NCBI GenBank assembly: GCA_030059675.1
Contig: JANVYQ010000004.1
Location: 64,001 to 128,000, forward strand
Origin: Candidatus Pelearchaeum maunauluense
GTDB lineage: Archaea > Thermoproteota > Nitrososphaeria_A > Caldarchaeales > Caldarchaeaceae
Direction: 5' to 3'
DNA length: 64,000 nt
Part shown: positions 1 through 10,326 of the stretch, in pieces
Layout: every line of letters begins with the position of its first letter
Position numbering within the stretch: position 1 is the first letter of the stretch
Notes under the pieces: generated by a model
The model's database searches: none
The model's input: the letters and a program-made list of their open reading frames with translations, nothing else
Told to the model about the DNA's origin: nothing
Position numbers and translations under genes: made by a program

Positions 1-2
1 AA

Positions 3-1418
3 ATAGGATGCATAGATTATAGTAGCGATGGTATAGTCGTTGAGCATCGTTTAGGCGGCCGCTCCTCACGCGTTATTACCGCTGTGGTGGTTGATGACTT
101 GGCGGAGAGGGTTATGCGCCACCACGACGCGCTGGCTTACGTGCTGGAGGAGTATGAGCGAACTAAAGCCAGATGGGGCGAGCCTCCCAACATAAGACGC
201 GACTACTTCCACGGCAAGCTGCACAGCGAGGTCATATGTGTGGTCCACGCACCAAGCCAGGGCTTTGGACTCTACACGAAGATACCCAACAGAGTCCAGT
301 GGAGGATATTATCTGATAGGAAGAGGATAGAGACCTTCGGAGATAGGACGCATATATACAGGGAGTGTAGAACCATGGTAGTCCCTACACCTACGCGAGG
401 GATATACACAGACTACACTTATGGTATCAGCTTTGAGGTTGAGCCGCGCGAGAGTGTTGAGCTACTTCGTCTAGGGCTGGCGTTTATCATGATTCTTCTG
501 CGCCGCTTGCTGGGTGTTGCATTTGACACAATAAAATATGACATTATGGTGATGGGTGAGAGGAAGGTCATAGGGATGCACGAGACGGAGAGCGCTGGGC
601 TTCTAGCACGGTTGGACTGGAGCAAGTTATACGAAATGACCAAAAACTACACACCAGACGAGCTGGACGAAATATTCCTGGAAGAGGTTGATGAGCTCGC
701 ATACTCCAGCTTCATAACGCTCAAACTAGACTGGGAAACAGTCAAGCAGCAGGCGCTGAACATAATAGACTACATAAGGCTTCGGGACACTCTCAGAATT
801 AAGATAAGAGATCTCTCTCTGGATATTCCACGCCCATCCAGGGCGCTTAAACTAGTTACAGTATCCGTTGCCGATTTCACACTTCGCGAAGACCTGAGGA
901 GCGGGCTATACGCTGTTGCCCTCTTTGATGGCGAAGAGATAACCCATGTAGTAGGGGTTAAGGAGCTGGGACAACCTGATGAAGAGGCCTCAAAAATACT
1001 TACGCGGATAACGCAGCTCATAAATCAGGGATTTAGAATAGCCGTTTACGAGTTGGAGTCGCTGAAGTCTGTACTCGCGTCCTCTGGCTTAAGCGGCCTC
1101 CAAGCGGTCTTGCTGGGAGCTGAGGGGATGGGGAAGCTGGTGAGAGTCCGCGACACGCTGGCAAGCTCCCTAGGCGATAGGCTACCCTTGGAAGTAGTGG
1201 AGGAAGCACTAGGGATGAAGCGCGAAGTAGCGTTGAAGGATATAATCTACAGCGTGGAGGAAGAGAAGAGGCGCATACCGAAGATGTCCTTCATCAGGAG
1301 TGTGCCAGAGCGTTTGAGCAGGAAGATAAGTCAATTCGTGCAGGATGAGGTTAGAAACATATACACAGCAGCCCTTGTTGCGGAGAAGCTAGCAAACAGC
1401 GGAGGGAGCGGTGGTTGA
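3..1418 (+). CDS. 5'-truncated large protein; possibly the C-terminal half of a DEAD/DEAH helicase-associated protein
   Basis: Frame is open from position 3 to the stop at 1418. No diagnostic motif in the visible part, so the product call is weak. Confidence 0.45.
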   Translation: MGCIDYSSDGIVVEHRLGGRSSRVITAVVVDDLAERVMRHHDALAYVLEEYERTKARWGEPPNIRRDYFHGKLHSEVICVVHAPSQGFGLYTKIPNRVQWRILSDRKRIETFGDRTHIYRECRTMVVPTPTRGIYTDYTYGISFEVEPRESVELLRLGLAFIMILLRRLLGVAFDTIKYDIMVMGERKVIGMHETESAGLLARLDWSKLYEMTKNYTPDELDEIFLEEVDELAYSSFITLKLDWETVKQQALNIIDYIRLRDTLRIKIRDLSLDIPRPSRALKLVTVSVADFTLREDLRSGLYAVALFDGEEITHVVGVKELGQPDEEASKILTRITQLINQGFRIAVYELESLKSVLASSGLSGLQAVLLGAEGMGKLVRVRDTLASSLGDRLPLEVVEEALGMKREVALKDIIYSVEEEKRRIPKMSFIRSVPERLSRKISQFVQDEVRNIYTAALVAEKLANSGGSGG

Positions 1419-1981
1419 GAATAGCCCTCGACGTGGATGGGGTTTTGGCAGACCTGCTCGGTGCGTGGCTCCGAGTCTATCAAGAGGAGACAGGCCGCTA
1501 CATAGAGAGAAGCGAGGTAGATAGCTGGGAGTTCTGGGCAAAATACGGAATAACGCGCAGCGAGTTTATGAAATACATGATAAGGGCCTGGAGTAGGTGG
1601 TGGGAGATAACGCCGCTGGAAGACGACATGGCGGAAGATGCGGATAAACTATCAAGATACGGTGATGTGGATATAGTAACCCAAAGACCAGCTAAGACAA
1701 TATCATACGTCAAGAAATGGCTTGATAAGCATGGGGTTAAGTATAGGCGATTTACATGGGTTCCTCCTAGCAAGAGTAAATCGGAGTATGGCTATGATGT
1801 GTATATTGACGACTCGCCGCGCTTGGCTGAGGAGCTACAGCGGCAGGGAAGGCTTATGCTGCTCTACAACCAGCCTTGGAATAGTGAGGTCCGCGGCAGT
1901 AGTGTTATTAAGCGGGTAAACTCGCTTGACGAATGCGCAGACCAGCTGGAGAAGCTGGTTAATGGTGGTTCCCTTGTATAA
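1415..1981 (+). CDS. HAD-superfamily 5'(3')-nucleotidase (NT5C-like)
   Basis: IALDVDGVLAD motif I; YIDDSP; YNQPWN. Confidence 0.85.
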   Translation: MRIALDVDGVLADLLGAWLRVYQEETGRYIERSEVDSWEFWAKYGITRSEFMKYMIRAWSRWWEITPLEDDMAEDADKLSRYGDVDIVTQRPAKTISYVKKWLDKHGVKYRRFTWVPPSKSKSEYGYDVYIDDSPRLAEELQRQGRLMLLYNQPWNSEVRGSSVIKRVNSLDECADQLEKLVNGGSLV

Positions 1982-2516
1982 GGAAGTTCCGCATGAACGG
2001 GTGCATCGCCTATTCTACCCTGTAATACCTGTGATAATAACCGCCGAGCACAGCGGAACCATAGGCGCTATGATGGCGAGTAGCTGCATACCCATGTCGC
2101 TTAACCCATCTATGGTTGGTGTAGCTATAATGACTACACACACGACGCATAGGCTTGTTAAGGAGTCAGGCCAGTTCGCTGTATGTTGGCTCTCATATGA
2201 TAAGCTTGACAAGGCTGTATATGTGGGCGAGACGTCTGGAGTTGGGGTGCAGGACAAGCTTAAGGCGGCTGGGTTATCTCATAAGCCTGGTAGGAGGCTG
2301 TCAGTCCCAATACCTGATGAAGCTGTTGCGTGGCTTGAATGCAAGGTAGTGTGGAGCAGGGTATCAGGAGACCATGAACTCTTCGCCGCAGATGTGGTTG
2401 CCGCATACGCGCATGAAGATTTCGGAGAATACTGGAGATTTGAGAGCTACACGCCCATATTCTATGTGGGGAAAGCCAGGCCAGGCGCTAGTCGCTACGT
2501 CCCCTTCAGGCTCTAG
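1962..2516 (+). CDS. Flavin reductase family protein
   Basis: YPVIPVIITA, AWLECKV, GDHELF; start taken at ATG 1962. Confidence 0.85.
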   Translation: MVVPLYKEVPHERVHRLFYPVIPVIITAEHSGTIGAMMASSCIPMSLNPSMVGVAIMTTHTTHRLVKESGQFAVCWLSYDKLDKAVYVGETSGVGVQDKLKAAGLSHKPGRRLSVPIPDEAVAWLECKVVWSRVSGDHELFAADVVAAYAHEDFGEYWRFESYTPIFYVGKARPGASRYVPFRL

Positions 2517-3127
2517 CGCATTACTGGGCTTCTCCTCACATGCTTTCCGGAGCCACCCTTAAACCGCTCCTCAAACCACACATTACCGCGCTCCGCATAG
2601 CCGAAAATCTCCCAGTAGCCATCGCGGTATTCGTTCATAAACTCTATCCCAGTAAGCCACTTAGCGCTCTTCCACCCGTAGAGATGCGGTATGAATGGTC
2701 TTGCTGGAAAGCCCTGCTCGTGGCGTAATGGCTTTCCATCCATCCTCAACGCCACTATAGCATCTTCATGGAGAGCGTCCTCCAGCGGTATGGGCGTGGT
2801 ATAACCATCGGCGCAGTGGAACATAACCCAACGAGCCTCAGGAAGCGGCTGAGCCATCTCCGCGAGAAGCCTAATACCTACGCCCTCCCAGCTAACCTGC
2901 TTAATAGACCACTTGGTTACACAGTGGAAAGACCTCACATACCTTATCTTGGGCAACTTATCAAGCTCCTCATACGTAAGCTCCAGCTCGTCCTTAACTA
3001 GGCCATTTATCTTTAGACGCCATTCATTAATGTCTATCTTGGGTATCCCAAGTGCTGCGTATATTATCCAGCTTCTGCCCCATACCTGGCCTGGGGGAAG
3101 CTGCTCCTCGCTGGTCGCCTGAACCAT
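2513..3127 (-). CDS. Sulfite oxidase-like molybdopterin oxidoreductase
   Basis: LPPGQ, FHCVTKWS, GFPAR, YGWKSAKWL, GYWE. Confidence 0.9.
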   Translation of the reverse strand: MVQATSEEQLPPGQVWGRSWIIYAALGIPKIDINEWRLKINGLVKDELELTYEELDKLPKIRYVRSFHCVTKWSIKQVSWEGVGIRLLAEMAQPLPEARWVMFHCADGYTTPIPLEDALHEDAIVALRMDGKPLRHEQGFPARPFIPHLYGWKSAKWLTGIEFMNEYRDGYWEIFGYAERGNVWFEERFKGGSGKHVRRSPVMR

Positions 3128-3210
3128 AGCTTACCAACATGCTGGGGAGGGAGCTGCTTTTAGTCTTAGCGCCATCACTCATAAAAACACGAAATAACAG
3201 GGATGGAGGT

Positions 3211-3747
3211 ATGGAAAGACACGAGATTGTTGAGGAGCTGATAAAGACAAACCTGGCCGTTAGGGACTTTAAGGAGGAAGATGTGCCCCGCGATGTTATA
3301 CTGAGGATTCTTGAGATTGGGCGGTTGGCGCATAGCTCAAAGAATACACAGCCCTGGAGGTTTGTGGTAGTCAGGGATAAGGCGAAGCTATATGAGATTA
3401 GCAGGACAACACCGACGGGAGCGCATATAGCGCGAGCATCTTTTGCAATAGCCCTCTTCACGGAGAACGCTAAGCTCCCAGAGATTGATGGAGCGAGAGC
3501 CATGGAGGACATGATTCTATACGCCTGGTCCATGGGCATAGGCTCGTGCTGGATAACCAACTTTGACGAAGACAGGGTTAAGAAGCTGCTGAAAGCGCCA
3601 GCGTCTTGGCGGCTCATAACGGTAATCCCATTCGGCTACCCAAGGAATCCCAAGCGACTTGGGCGTAAGAGGAGAAAACCTCTCAGCGAGCTGGCCTGCT
3701 ACGAAGAATATGGAAAATCGATAATGGAGTTGGCAGAAGAGAGATAA
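3211..3747 (+). CDS. Nitroreductase family protein
   Basis: SSKNTQPWRFVVV, GIGSCW, IPFGYP; GGAGGT RBS before ATG 3211. Confidence 0.9.
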   Translation: MERHEIVEELIKTNLAVRDFKEEDVPRDVILRILEIGRLAHSSKNTQPWRFVVVRDKAKLYEISRTTPTGAHIARASFAIALFTENAKLPEIDGARAMEDMILYAWSMGIGSCWITNFDEDRVKKLLKAPASWRLITVIPFGYPRNPKRLGRKRRKPLSELACYEEYGKSIMELAEER

Positions 3748-3804
3748 GTATATAGATGGTTCTATTGATGCCTGGTTAAAGGAGCTGGGAGGCTGAATAG
3801 AGAT

Positions 3805-5829
3805 ATGAGTATCTTCACCTTCATACCTCTCATCGCATCGGTGCTTGCGGTAGCCGCTGCTGGCGGTCTCTATGCATGGCTCCGCAACCAGTCGCCTGGA
3901 AATGAGAAGATGGTGAGCATCTCCTCAGCCGTCCGCGAGGGTGCTGTGGCCTTCATCATGCGCGAATATAAGACAATAGCACCGATAGGCGTTGTGATAG
4001 GTGTTCTCATAGCCTTGGCGATAGATGTGGCGGTAGCAGTGTCATTCGCGGTCGGGGCTACGCTCTCAGCGATAGCTGGAATAGTTTCTATTATGACGAC
4101 AGTAGGTGCAGCACCTAGAGCGGCTGAAGCAACCAAGAAAGGAATAGGAGCTACACTACTAGCTTCATTTAGGGGAGGCGCTACCGCAGGCCTCATAATA
4201 ACAGCCATGGCACTACTCGCAGTTACCCTGCTCTACATAATTTACCCAGACCCAGTTGCCGTGGCTGGGGCGGGATTCGGGGCAAGCCTAGTGGCGCTCT
4301 TCATACGAGCAGGCGGCGGGATATACACGAAGGCCGCGGACCTAGGCGCGGACCTGGTGGGTAAGATAGAGGCTGGAATCCCAGAAGACGACCCGCGAAA
4401 CCCCGCAACCATAGCAGATAACGTGGGCGACAACGTGGGCGATGCTGCTGGGATGGGGGCAGACGTATACGAGTCGTATGTAGTAACGCTGCTGGCAGCT
4501 ATGCTCTTGGGCGGCATACTGGGAGTCAGCGAGCTGGTAATACTCCCACTACTGGTTGGCGGCGCTGGCCTAATCGCCTCAATAGTCGGAGTATTCACAG
4601 TAGGGGGCAAGAACGTATCAAACCCCATGACGCCCCTCAACACATCATTTATAGTCGCAGCAATATTGGCAATAATCCTAGACTTGATAATAACCACCAC
4701 GCTCATAGGGAATAACATGCTCGCCTACGCCCTCTTCGCCTCGGCCCTGCTAGGAGTTATCCTAGTTCCTATAATACAGCGCATAACCGACTACTACACG
4801 AACTATATCTATAAGCCTGTTAAGGCTGTTGCCGAAGCAACAAAGATAGGGCATAGCGCCAACATACTTGAGGGGATAAGCCAAGGCCTCAAATCAACTC
4901 TACCCCTGGCACTATCCCTCATCATAGCCATCGTGGTGAGCTACTACGCTGTCTTCTCAGTATCGGGAGACACGCTGCTGGGAATCTACGCCACAGCGAT
5001 AACTACGATGGCCATGCTCAGCCTCGCGGGTATCGTATTATCAATAGACAGCTTCGGCCCAGTAAGCGACAACGCTGGCGGTATTGTAGAGATGTCTGGC
5101 ATGAGTGAGGAGAATAGAAACGTAACCGACCAGCTGGACGCCGTAGGAAACACGGCAAAAGCTACGACAAAAGGATTCGCGATAGCTAGTGCAGCGCTCG
5201 CGGCGCTGGCTATGATACAGGCATTCCAGCACGAGGCCCAGAAATTCTTCGCAGAACGCGCGTTTGAGTATAGCCTCACCAACCCAGTCGTGATAGTAGG
5301 CCTCCTCATAGGCGCCCTACTTCCCTTCTACATAAGCAGCAGGCTAATCACAGCAGTCGGAAACACGGCTGCAAAGATAGTCGAGGAAGTCAGGCAGCAA
5401 TTCAAGAATAACCCTGGGATACTTGAGGGAACCGCAAGGCCGAACTATGCGCGCGTGGTTGACATAGCAACCAGCGGGGCTATAAAAGAGCTGTTTGCAC
5501 CAGCGGCCATAGTAGTAATAACCCCTATACTCGTCGGCGTCTTGCTCGGACCAGAGGCGGTAGTCGGTGTTCTCACAGGGGCCGTGCTAAGCGGCCTCTA
5601 CCTAGCATACCACATGGCAAATAGCGGCGCCGCATGGGACAACGCCAAGAAATATCTGGAAGTGATTGGTAAGAAGAAGACACCAGAACACGCTATAGCG
5701 GTCTCAGGAGACTTGGTCGGAGACCCGTATAAGGATACCGCAGGCCCAAGCCTCAACACGGTGATTAAGGTTCTCAACACTGTGGCGATAGTCTTCGTCT
5801 CGGTATTCCTAGGGCTACTGGTGCTATGA
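3805..5829 (+). CDS. hppA: Membrane-bound H+-translocating pyrophosphatase, K+-independent type
   Basis: GGGIYTKAADLGADLVGK, EDDPRNPATIADNVGDNVGD; Lys in GNTAK marks K+-independence. Confidence 0.95.
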   Translation: MSIFTFIPLIASVLAVAAAGGLYAWLRNQSPGNEKMVSISSAVREGAVAFIMREYKTIAPIGVVIGVLIALAIDVAVAVSFAVGATLSAIAGIVSIMTTVGAAPRAAEATKKGIGATLLASFRGGATAGLIITAMALLAVTLLYIIYPDPVAVAGAGFGASLVALFIRAGGGIYTKAADLGADLVGKIEAGIPEDDPRNPATIADNVGDNVGDAAGMGADVYESYVVTLLAAMLLGGILGVSELVILPLLVGGAGLIASIVGVFTVGGKNVSNPMTPLNTSFIVAAILAIILDLIITTTLIGNNMLAYALFASALLGVILVPIIQRITDYYTNYIYKPVKAVAEATKIGHSANILEGISQGLKSTLPLALSLIIAIVVSYYAVFSVSGDTLLGIYATAITTMAMLSLAGIVLSIDSFGPVSDNAGGIVEMSGMSEENRNVTDQLDAVGNTAKATTKGFAIASAALAALAMIQAFQHEAQKFFAERAFEYSLTNPVVIVGLLIGALLPFYISSRLITAVGNTAAKIVEEVRQQFKNNPGILEGTARPNYARVVDIATSGAIKELFAPAAIVVITPILVGVLLGPEAVVGVLTGAVLSGLYLAYHMANSGAAWDNAKKYLEVIGKKKTPEHAIAVSGDLVGDPYKDTAGPSLNTVIKVLNTVAIVFVSVFLGLLVL

Positions 5830-7031
5830 CGATACTCATACGAAACGCGCGGCTAGTTGGGCATGATGGTCTCTGGTCAATACTCGTCGGGGAAGGTCTC
5901 ATAAGAAGAGTATCCCGCGAGCTAGGTGGCGGGGCTGATACTGTTATAGACGCTGGGGGAGGACTTGTTACCGAGAGCCACGTAATACCACACCTCCACC
6001 TAGATAAGGTGGATACCATAAACCTGGTGGGCGACGCAGCGTTACAGCACTACCACGCCGAGGAGATGCTGAGCGCCGAACAAGCCATTAGAGTCGCGTC
6101 GCTGGTGAAGGAAACATATACGGAAGATGAGATAATCATGCGGGCCAGACGGGTCTGCCTAATGGCTGTGGAGAACGGCGTTACACATGTAAGGGCTTTC
6201 GCCGACGTGGATAAGAAGGCGCGGCTCACAGCATTAAGAGCGTTAAAGAAGCTCAAAAAAGAGCTGGCTGGAATCCTCACTATTGACATAGTGGCGTTTC
6301 CCCAAGAGGGTTTCGCGGAAGATGCCGAGAACGAGGAAATGCTCATAAAAGCTGTTGAGGAAGGAGCAGATGTTGTAGGAGGAATACCATGGATTGAACC
6401 CACGCGCGAGAAGCAGCTCTACCACGTAAAGCGGGTCTTTGACGCTGCCACACAATACGATACTCCTGCAGCATTCTTAAGCGACGATACGGGAAACCCA
6501 GAAATGAGAACAACCGAGATGATACTAAAGGAGACCGAGCAACGCGGCTGGAAGGGGAGGGTAGAGATATGCCACGCAAGGGCATTAGCCAAATACCCAG
6601 AAGAATATCTAAAGACAATCACCAACAAGCTAAAACTGCTGGATGTAAGTATCGTTGTTAATCCCCATACAGGGCCTGTCGTAGCGCCTGTGAAGACGCT
6701 ATTAGAGAACGGTGTCAACGTCGCTTTGGGTCAGGATGACTGTGCCGACGCTTACTACCCATATGGTAGGTGCAACATGTTGGAGGTGGCTTTCCTAGCG
6801 TCGCACCTATTGAGGATGATGACTTCCAGAGACCAGCGGATACTCTATGAGATGATAACAACGCGGGCGGCTCGCGCAATAGAAATAGAGGGGCACAAAA
6901 TCCATGAAGGCGCCAAAGCAAACCTAATACTATACAGAGAGAAGACCATAAGCGAGCTCCTCCGATACCAGCCGAAGCCGGTGCTGGTTGTTAAGAACGG
7001 TGAGATAACGCGGTCGGTGGGAGTTGATTAG
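5826..7031 (+). CDS. Cytosine deaminase-like amidohydrolase
   Basis: PHLHLDK, IVAFPQEG, VALGQD. Confidence 0.85.
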   Translation: MTILIRNARLVGHDGLWSILVGEGLIRRVSRELGGGADTVIDAGGGLVTESHVIPHLHLDKVDTINLVGDAALQHYHAEEMLSAEQAIRVASLVKETYTEDEIIMRARRVCLMAVENGVTHVRAFADVDKKARLTALRALKKLKKELAGILTIDIVAFPQEGFAEDAENEEMLIKAVEEGADVVGGIPWIEPTREKQLYHVKRVFDAATQYDTPAAFLSDDTGNPEMRTTEMILKETEQRGWKGRVEICHARALAKYPEEYLKTITNKLKLLDVSIVVNPHTGPVVAPVKTLLENGVNVALGQDDCADAYYPYGRCNMLEVAFLASHLLRMMTSRDQRILYEMITTRAARAIEIEGHKIHEGAKANLILYREKTISELLRYQPKPVLVVKNGEITRSVGVD

Positions 7032-7540
7032 CCTCCCAAAACGCGTTGAGCAAGCCTCCAGAACTTATCATCAACGTGGTGTATGTTGACTAGTATCTTC
7101 CCCCGCTGCATCTCCGCTGCTTTCTCAGAATCTTCTAACGCTACACCCACCGCCAGTGGTTTTCCATACGTCTCGTCGCGCACAACCACAAGATCGCCAC
7201 TTTTGAAACTCTTCTCAAAGCGCGTGATTCCAGGCCTCATTATATGGGCGCCGCTGGCTACGTGTGGTATCGCTCCCCTATCCACTCTCACGCTGGGAAG
7301 CTTGTCAAGCAGATTAACCCCCTCTCCCTCCAGAGCTGGTACGACACGCTCCTCGCGCACAATAAACACATAATTCCCTATCAATAGTATTTTATTTCCA
7401 GATTCGTCCAATACTTCCCGCACATCGCCTTTCATAAAGAGCCGCCTAAACTCCTCGTCGGAGAAAAACGTCCCAACCTTATCGCGGAGAGCATTCTTCT
7501 CCCTAGAGCTCAGATACCTAACACGCAATTCAACACGCAC
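7028..7540 (-). CDS. PUA-domain RNA-binding protein (MCT-1/Tma20-like)
   Basis: VDRGAIPHVASGAHIMRPGI; HHVDDKFW. Confidence 0.9.
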   Translation of the reverse strand: MRVELRVRYLSSREKNALRDKVGTFFSDEEFRRLFMKGDVREVLDESGNKILLIGNYVFIVREERVVPALEGEGVNLLDKLPSVRVDRGAIPHVASGAHIMRPGITRFEKSFKSGDLVVVRDETYGKPLAVGVALEDSEKAAEMQRGKILVNIHHVDDKFWRLAQRVLGG

Positions 7541-7552
7541 CCATATACCAGG

Positions 7553-8398
7553 CTATGCCCATCTCTCTAACACTCTAAAAACCTTAGGCGCGGCGTACAT
7601 CGCTACGAATACGACCGCACCGTACATAAAGACTGAAAGCCAGCCGCTTAACGCTTGTGTCAAGTATGCTGGAAGTGAGGAGATTAACGCTCCGATAAGA
7701 AATCTCCTGAGGCGTAGTTTGTTGCTCTTTGTATCTGAAAATAGCTCATGCCCCTTGAGTATGTTTATGCTCGTTATCAACGCTATTAGCGCTGCTCCCA
7801 GCGGGGCGGGTGATGGGTTATTCATGACGAGTCCAGCTAGCGTTGCAGCCGCCGCAAACCCTATGAGAAAAATACCTAGGCTCCTTCCTTCTATGTGCGG
7901 GTTAGCCGCGCGGTAGAGTATGGCAACCACAAAGCCAAACAGAAGGCCTCCCAAGACATCGCCGAGGTAATGCACACCTAGATAAACACGGCTCAGGGCC
8001 ATGAGGCTGGGAATTACTATGGCTGCCGTAAGGAATATCAGCTCACGCCTCTGGAAGAAGAGTAGTGGATAGAATGTGGCTGCCGCCATGGCATGGCCGC
8101 TTGGAAAGCCAAAGCCAGAGGGCCTATACTCAACAAGCCAAAAGTCGGAAGGCGGCCTCTCCATCATGAGCAAGTTCTTGAAAAACCTGTTTGTGATTAC
8201 AGAAACCAGTAATGCGTGGAGGAGGAGAAAACCAAGCCTCCTACTCCAGCACCAGTATATGGCAGTGCATATCAGTAAGTAGGCCGCCTCACTACCTAAC
8301 GCTGACACTGCGAGGAAAAACGGGAAGCCTCCCTCACCGAATAGATGCTGAACAGACAATACCATCTCAGTGGAGAAGAGGGAATCAAGCCATGACAA
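7553..8398 (-). CDS. PAP2 family membrane phosphatase
   Basis: KxxxxxxRP, FPSGH, SRVYLGVHYxxD; start uncertain (TTG 8398 or ATG 8365). Confidence 0.85.
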   Translation of the reverse strand: MSWLDSLFSTEMVLSVQHLFGEGGFPFFLAVSALGSEAAYLLICTAIYWCWSRRLGFLLLHALLVSVITNRFFKNLLMMERPPSDFWLVEYRPSGFGFPSGHAMAAATFYPLLFFQRRELIFLTAAIVIPSLMALSRVYLGVHYLGDVLGGLLFGFVVAILYRAANPHIEGRSLGIFLIGFAAAATLAGLVMNNPSPAPLGAALIALITSINILKGHELFSDTKSNKLRLRRFLIGALISSLPAYLTQALSGWLSVFMYGAVVFVAMYAAPKVFRVLERWA

Positions 8399-8462
8399 GC
8401 CAATCAGCCAACCCGTAGAAGCTGACAAATTTATAACTACGCGCACACCATGCAACGGTGAG

Positions 8463-8580
8463 GCGGGGGTCGCCAAGCCTGGTCAAAACCCATGGCAGAA
8501 GCCAGGCCAAGACCAGCGGCGCAGGGTTCAGGCCCCTGTCCCGAAGGGGTTCGTGGGTTCAAATCCCACCCCCCGCACCA
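8463..8580 (+). tRNA. tRNA-Leu(CAG) with 30-nt intron (8487-8516) at position 21/22; CCA encoded
   Basis: Acceptor GCGGGGG/CCCCCGC, anticodon arm CAGGG-TTCAGGC-CCCTG, long variable arm; central helix GGTC/GACC with bulges AAA and AGC. Confidence 0.9.
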
Positions 8581-8612
8581 AGGCTAACGAGACGCCCATA
8601 ATTCCAATTCTG

Positions 8613-8966
8613 CTAGAAGCTTATTACGTTGTAGTTTTTGCTTACATTCTCAGCTACAACTGTTGCGGCGTCATCCTCTATCACTAATGTCCTGTCTATC
8701 TTTTCTTCTAGGCCGTATGCGCGTATGTTTCCAGCGCATGCCAAGATTGTTATTCCTAGTTGTTGATACTCTTTTAGGAAGTGTTCCACGTTACTGTATC
8801 TCGCGTCGGTTTTGTCTAGGAGCTTAACTCCTGGCCCTAGGAAGAGAATCTTCACCTCTGATAGCATGTTTCCGCGCTTGATTTTGCGCGCGACCCTTAG
8901 GCCTTGTCTTGCGCGTTCGTAGTTTTCGTGGTCTGATAATATTATTATGAGTAGCTTGTCCGTCAT
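8613..8966 (-). CDS. DsrE family protein
   Basis: ILFLGPGV and ILAC pattern; 117 aa. Confidence 0.75.
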   Translation of the reverse strand: MTDKLLIIILSDHENYERARQGLRVARKIKRGNMLSEVKILFLGPGVKLLDKTDARYSNVEHFLKEYQQLGITILACAGNIRAYGLEEKIDRTLVIEDDAATVVAENVSKNYNVISF

Positions 8967-8996
8967 GGTTCTCGGTTTACGCGGGTTGTTGCGTAT

Positions 8997-9521
8997 TTAT
9001 GGGTTGGTCTGCTTGGTGGTGCTTAGTATCTGCTCAGGCTTTATGACCGCTATACCCGTGGCGCCCCCCAAGACTTCTATCAGGACTATCCACTCGGGGT
9101 TCTCTAAGCTGACCTTCCTATCCACGTTGCTCGCCGCCGCTTCTATTATCTCCCTGCTGGAGAGCTTCGTATGGCGTTTCTCGACTGTAACCCTGTAGGT
9201 GGCGTTCTCGGGTATTTTGCTGGCCAGCTTCTTAACAGCCTCAGCTACCCTCTCGGGCCTGGTCTCCACTACCTCTTCTATTGGGATTAGCCGCATGAGA
9301 TAGCTAATTCTCCATGGTTCTTTCTCCAGTATTGTACGCACCTGCTCTATTACGTTGAAGGGGTCTAGGCTTGTGTTTGCTGTGAGAAGCCCAGCTATGC
9401 GTGTCATGTTTATGCTTGGGTTTTCATCCCCCAGTGAGCGGAGCAGCTCACCCAGCTCCGTTGCTGCCAGCGGCTCCTGGCCTCGGAGCGACGTTGCTAT
9501 AAGGTTAAAACGCTCAACCAC
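8997..9521 (-). CDS. THUMP-domain protein
   Basis: YRVTVEKR ... KVSLENPEWIVLIEV. Confidence 0.9.
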   Translation of the reverse strand: MVERFNLIATSLRGQEPLAATELGELLRSLGDENPSINMTRIAGLLTANTSLDPFNVIEQVRTILEKEPWRISYLMRLIPIEEVVETRPERVAEAVKKLASKIPENATYRVTVEKRHTKLSSREIIEAAASNVDRKVSLENPEWIVLIEVLGGATGIAVIKPEQILSTTKQTNP

Positions 9522-9612
9522 GCTCTTAACATGATACGAGCCTATAATATACCCTTAAGCCCTCCCCTCTCGGAAAGGATTTTAACCACAGCTCCGCCAA
9601 TACCTAGAAGAA

Positions 9613-10290
9613 GTGGCAGGCTTGGTGCCGCGGCGGATACTCTTCACCAGGCTTATTGACTTTATGGCTAGTCAGGGTTATAGGGTTGTTGACGAGTCTA
9701 TTGGTGAGGGGTTTATACGGTTTAGGGACTCTAGCCGCGAGGTTGTGCTGCGCGTTGTTGAGGATACAAGCCGCGATGAGGTTCTCTCAACCGTCATACA
9801 AGCAGCATTTGACGCGGCTTCGGGAAAGGCTGCGTATGTTGCAATGCCTATAGAGCTTGTCTCAAAGATAGGCGACCATGCCTTCAGGATACACCGAATA
9901 GGTGTGTTGGTCTATGACAGCCATAGCGTTTTTGAGCTTGTAAGCGGCGAGCCACGCGGCAAGGCTAAACAAGCAGCAATCAACAAGGAAGATAGGAATG
10001 ACGAGCGCTTCGCCGTTATGCTGGAATCACTCTCGGCGCGATTGACGCGGCTTGAGGAGGCTATGGCGCGCCTCGCGCTCCTTGACGAGCTTAGGACGCG
10101 GCTAGACATCTTGGAGGGTATGGTCCTAAGCCAGAAGACGCGGAAGGCTGTAGAGGAGGAAAGGTCTGGTAAGCCTGCGCAGGTGGAGGTAGTTAAAGAG
10201 CCCGTGGAGCATGCTGAAACAGGGAGAGAGCTTCCCTCATTCCTCAGGGAAAACCCCTGGCTGGACATACTTTCGGGCAAGTCTTCATAA
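9613..10290 (+). CDS. Arcadin-2-like crenactin regulator
   Basis: Immediately upstream of crenactin; coiled coil plus C-terminal ENPWLDIL, resembling the crenactin-binding ENxWxxIL tail. Confidence 0.7.
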   Translation: MAGLVPRRILFTRLIDFMASQGYRVVDESIGEGFIRFRDSSREVVLRVVEDTSRDEVLSTVIQAAFDAASGKAAYVAMPIELVSKIGDHAFRIHRIGVLVYDSHSVFELVSGEPRGKAKQAAINKEDRNDERFAVMLESLSARLTRLEEAMARLALLDELRTRLDILEGMVLSQKTRKAVEEERSGKPAQVEVVKEPVEHAETGRELPSFLRENPWLDILSGKSS

Positions 10291-10326
10291 CCTTAAAACA
10301 GGCTTTAGCTGCTGCTTTATGCTGGG

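Noticed and set aside
3870-5780. Long antisense ORFs here and over other genes
   Set aside because: Codon-bias shadows of well-supported genes
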